A DNA stretch of 24,461 nucleotides from a virus. Lineage: Duplodnaviria; Caudoviricetes. The notes below the pieces were generated by a model. The model was not told where the DNA came from and searched no databases. It worked only from the letters and a program-made list of their open reading frames with translations. Made by a program: the position numbers and the translations under genes. The stretch spans positions 1-24,461 of the IMG/VR virus record IMGVR_UViG_3300035493_000011; one strand, written 5' to 3'. How positions within the stretch are numbered: position 1 is the first letter of the stretch; every line of letters starts with the position of its first letter. Shown piece after piece: positions 23,326-24,461 of this stretch.

Positions 23326-24461
23326 ATGTCAGTTTTCAATCGTACGCAGTGCAACTTATCGAACCGGTGGAGCGCATTGGAATCAAGCCGCCGCGCTTTG
23401 GCGGTGAAACTAGATAATTACGCGATAATGGAATTGGGTATTGGTGCGTTCCACGACCCCATCACCACCGCCGCAGACGCGGCCGCACACCACCGCCGTA
23501 GTCGTATGCGCACAATCGACCGACTGGGTAAAGAATCCTATCAAGACTTATGCAAACTGCTGGCGCAATATGACGCCGGCGAAGCCGCGGTCGACGACGT
23601 ACAAAACCGCATCTATCACGAGTGGTTATCATCCTGCCATTCATATTGCCCCGACTTCCCGTCGGATACAACTGAAAGACTAGCGCACATGGGCGCCATC
23701 GTATACGTCGATTATTCGACCGACACGGACGGGTATTGTCCGAACGAATACTATCTATCCGGCTATGAGCCAGATGAAGTCGAGCCGTACGACGAGGATG
23801 AAGACTATTGCGGCGATGGTGAATATCTGCGTGATTACCACGATTACACGTGCCGGGCACTGCCCGGAACCGACTACTCTACGGCCACCTACGGCGTCGA
23901 GCTAGAACTATACCATGACGACCGACGAAACGAGATTGGCGCCGCCATCCGCCACCTAGACGGCGTGCGCGCCTGTAAAGACGGTTCATTGGACGATTAC
24001 CGCGGGGCCGAAGTCGTCACCGACTACGGCAACTTCGACCCACTGCGCACACACTTAGCAAAAGTCGTAAGCGCGCTGAAAGACAATAACGTCTACGCCC
24101 CACGCGATACCGACTACGGCCTGCACGTCCACCGAAGCCGCGATGACCTAGGCATCCGGGGATTAGTCCGACTATTCAATCTTATGAACGATTTAATAGA
24201 CCGCTCATTCCTGTCTAAAATCGCTGGCCGATGCACCACCTCCTATGCCGCACGTATGGACGAAAGCGACATCCGCCACGTACTGCGCTACGGTAAGCCG
24301 TCCGAACGCTATAAGGTCATCAACGCAACAGACCGTACGGTGGAGTTCCGTATGTTCCACACCACGATGAACGACGAGCGCCTAGCGTACCGCCTAGAGT
24401 TCGTGAAAGCGTCCTGTGAATTCGTCAAGGTGCGCGGTGTAGGGCTTAAGCCACGCACGAA
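23326..24461 (+). CDS. Putative amidoligase (COOH-NH2 ligase, glutamine-synthetase-like fold), truncated at the right edge
   Basis: Not in the ORF track; translated by hand from ATG 23326 (GAGGTG RBS) and open to the end. Motifs YGVELE, KDGSLD, GAEVVT, YGLHVH, RYKVIN and TVEFRMF. Confidence 0.88.
   Translation, partial: MSVFNRTQCNLSNRWSALESSRRALAVKLDNYAIMELGIGAFHDPITTAADAAAHHRRSRMRTIDRLGKESYQDLCKLLAQYDAGEAAVDDVQNRIYHEWLSSCHSYCPDFPSDTTERLAHMGAIVYVDYSTDTDGYCPNEYYLSGYEPDEVEPYDEDEDYCGDGEYLRDYHDYTCRALPGTDYSTATYGVELELYHDDRRNEIGAAIRHLDGVRACKDGSLDDYRGAEVVTDYGNFDPLRTHLAKVVSALKDNNVYAPRDTDYGLHVHRSRDDLGIRGLVRLFNLMNDLIDRSFLSKIAGRCTTSYAARMDESDIRHVLRYGKPSERYKVINATDRTVEFRMFHTTMNDERLAYRLEFVKASCEFVKVRGVGLKPRT
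24163..24175. promoter_or_regulatory. Palindrome copy (TTAGTCCGACTAT) inside the amidoligase gene
   Basis: 12/13 match to the copy at 15613. Confidence 0.4.

Noticed and set aside
1-24461. Stop-codon reassignment, diversity-generating retroelement, introns/inteins or integrase
   Set aside because: Genes are full length in the standard code and end in TAA, TAG and TGA; no reverse transcriptase, template repeat, insertion in terL/portal/capsid or recombinase is visible.

Overview
The window is part of a tailed dsDNA phage genome with podovirus-type architecture and sigma70-type promoters, probably infecting a proteobacterium. Positions 1-21155 form a minus-strand morphogenesis arm. In transcription order it encodes a small RHH-like regulator, TerS, TerL, a P22-like portal, scaffold, major capsid, adaptor, a GNAT-like protein, four ejection-type proteins (one with an S74 chaperone domain), a 2085-aa polyvalent-type virion protein, a second adaptor and a fibre module truncated at the left edge. 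A divergent plus-strand early arm starts at about 21490 with two identical strong promoters. It continues with a ~430-nt highly base-paired non-coding tract, a 189-aa early gene, a repeat-rich origin-like region and a truncated amidoligase. The most interesting signals are non-coding: (i) a 13-bp palindrome TTAGTC-N-GACTAA in about 9 copies on promoters and RBSs; (ii) a 386-bp scaffold-capsid spacer holding a candidate sRNA with anti-SD segments plus a capsid leader with tandem hairpins or pseudoknots; (iii) the candidate large structured RNA at the start of the early arm. All family assignments come from motif recognition and gene order; no searches were run.
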